From: Adineta vaga
Taxonomy: Eukaryota > Animalia > Rotifera
Assembly: GCA_021613535.1 (NCBI GenBank)
Contig: CP075492.1
Span: 18,724,001 to 18,788,000, forward strand
Reading direction: 5' to 3'
Length of the DNA stretch: 64,000 bases
The translations under genes and the position numbers were made by a program. The notes beneath the pieces are model-generated. The model was not told the DNA's origin and did no database searches. It worked only from the letters and a program-made list of their open reading frames with translations. Below are positions 62,195 through 64,000 of the stretch, piece after piece; position 1 is the stretch's first letter; the number at the start of each line of letters is the position of its first letter.

Positions 62195-62634
62195 TAGTTA
62201 TTCATTCAAATATTCAATTGAATGAAAATTTAATTAAAGAACCGGCGATTTTTCTTACGGATTGTTTAATTGCTGCAACAATGAAATATTGTGATCAATC
62301 GGAAAAAGTTTGTTTATTTTCTTTTCTTTAGAAAGGAGATGCAATATTTTACGAAATATCACGTCATATCAATTCAACAACCGAAAATTTAAATGTTATT
62401 TTAGAAATTCATAAAGCAAAAAATATTCATCATTCTCGTTTATGTTCCCTTACCAATGGTTATCTTCCACCATTACATCGACAATTAATTTGTATTATGG
62501 AGTCAATATATGAACAAGGTGAATCAGCACAAACTCGATATACACGTACACAAGGTCCTACTGGAGAATATGACAAATCAATGCCGTTTGTTGATATTCA
62601 AAATAATGATTTGCACTCACCTCGATTGAAATAA
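62195..62634 (+). pseudogene. Probable 3' fragment of an unrelated gene starting directly after J29
   Basis: Open frame LVIHSNIQ...CDQSEK, short GT..AG gap, KGDAIFYEISRH...HSPRLK*. Confidence 0.45.
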
Positions 62635-62821
62635 AGAAATTTTAATTTTTTTAAAGTAGTAAACAAGATTTTTATAATCATATTTTGTATGAAACACTTG
62701 ACGCAAAGATGACTCTATAGTGATTAATCGAAGTTTTTCTTTCGCATCTTAATCAAGTACGATCGGTGTTTATCATTGTTTACGTCTGAAGACGGTTTTG
62801 TACATATCATTATTGTACAAA

Positions 62822-63220
62822 ATGTCCGACGAAGAGGCATACAGTCTTGCAGATGCGAATAACAAAGTTCTTCAAGATATGATAAAATGTGCTGAACAAC
62901 AGAGACGCAGTGGTGCATCTAGTGAAGCTATGGCATGGGCGATCGAGATTTTAAGAAAATGGCAAATGCGATTTATAATCAATGGTAATTTGCCAAATGA
63001 AAAGTTAAAACAATGAGCACATTTCGGTTGTGAAGTTCATTGGAATACAGAAAGAATTCTTTCTACGGACAAATGGCTTTCAGATGGTCTCTTAAAAACT
63101 GGAAGACCAACTGATCGAGGTGGCAAACTTGAAAAATTTCAAACAGGCCATGAAGGAAAAGATTTTGATAATAAAAGTTATGCTCCATGGAAATCGATAT
63201 CAAAAAAATATACATATTAA
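62822..63220 (+). pseudogene. Small uncharacterised gene with in-frame TGA at 63014-63016
   Basis: MSDEEAY...KLKQ*AHFGCEVHW...APWKSISKKYTY*; frame stays open 67 codons past the stop. Confidence 0.5.
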
Positions 63221-63541
63221 TTTCACTATTTTTTTTGTTATTCTATACTTCTTACACAAGAAAATAATCCTCTTGGAGACTGAAACTCAATCGAGTGATT
63301 TTTGTGGTCAGTTTAGTTTTTACGACACTTATCTTCATTGTTAAGCGGTAAACAACGCGATACAGAAAGAATGACCTCTTCTTTTTCATTTCGTTACCGA
63401 TCGTCAACAGAGATAATGAAACAAATAAACTCATTGTCTTCATCGATGATATCGGTCAAACAGAAGATGATATGAATATATCAACATTTCTGTATTCGAA
63501 TTCATAAGTAAAGAATTGTCTAGATAAATCATCCAATAAAA

Positions 63542-64000
63542 ATGAACCAATCAATTGTTCAATTGGACGATTTACCTGATGAAATTCTTATAATCATTTT
63601 GAAAAAATTATGGAATCTAAGAGTACTCTATTCTTTAATAGGTATTAATAAAAAATTGGACAGACTTGCATGTGATCCAGGTTTTACGAAGTATTTATCA
63701 TTGGTCAATGGATCATCGGATGATTCAGTCTGTCCATTACCGGATATAGTTCTAAATCGATTTTGTTCACAAATTCTACCTAAAATTCATCATCATATTC
63801 AACAACTTGACCTGGAATCATCAACTATGGAACGTATACTTTCTACGACAAGCTATCCTAATTTGCATAGCCTTCGTTTATTCAAACTTCATTCAAAAAC
63901 AGCTGCATCACTTTTCACAAGTAAGACATAGCAGGATAATTAATGGATTTGATAAATATATTCTTTTTAGATCATCAATCTGCTTTATCTCATATGGATC
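63542..64000 (+). CDS. F-box/LRR protein, first exon; continues beyond the window
   Basis: LDDLPDEILIIILKKL F-box motif; gtaaga donor near 63921 and acceptor near 63970. Confidence 0.75.

Noticed and set aside
60631-63016. TGA = Trp alternative genetic code in two genes
   Set aside because: The same genes use TGG for other tryptophans and other disrupted genes have TAA stops; TGG>TGA mutation is simpler.
1-64000. Athena/Terminon giant retroelement or other autonomous mobile element
   Set aside because: No RT, transposase, integrase or recombinase motif recognised, and genes are not co-oriented as in Terminons.

Overview
AT-rich eukaryotic DNA (GT-AG introns, GPCRs, F-box/LRR, ART-TPR and LDLa-GPCR families, TGTGGG/TGAGGG repeats), most consistent with a bdelloid rotifer (inference). 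About 25 unrelated genes in mixed orientation, many intronless, several resembling fungal or bacterial enzymes (SDR, DJ-1/PfpI, LID-less adenylate kinase, flavohemoglobin), several defence-type (three R-S-E ADP-ribosyltransferases, Mx-like dynamin) and many carrying premature stops. The main signal is non-coding: about 28 complete or degenerate and about 4 half copies of a 30-95 bp palindrome, consensus ATCTTGAGGG(TGTGGG)n-[11-24 nt variable spacer]-(CCCACA)nCCCTCAAGAT. It cuts the window into mostly single-gene units (about 200-400 bp upstream DNA, the gene, about 30-190 bp downstream DNA). Some copies sit at gene truncation points, one duplication ends at a copy, some copies mirror the same variants in both arms, and spacers recur in direct-repeat pairs. 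This looks like a eukaryotic gene-cassette array joined by telomere-like hairpin sites. No recombinase, RT or transposase was recognised in the window. Small piggyBac-, hAT- and Helentron-type non-autonomous elements are also present. Coordinates were read by eye and may be off by a few bases.
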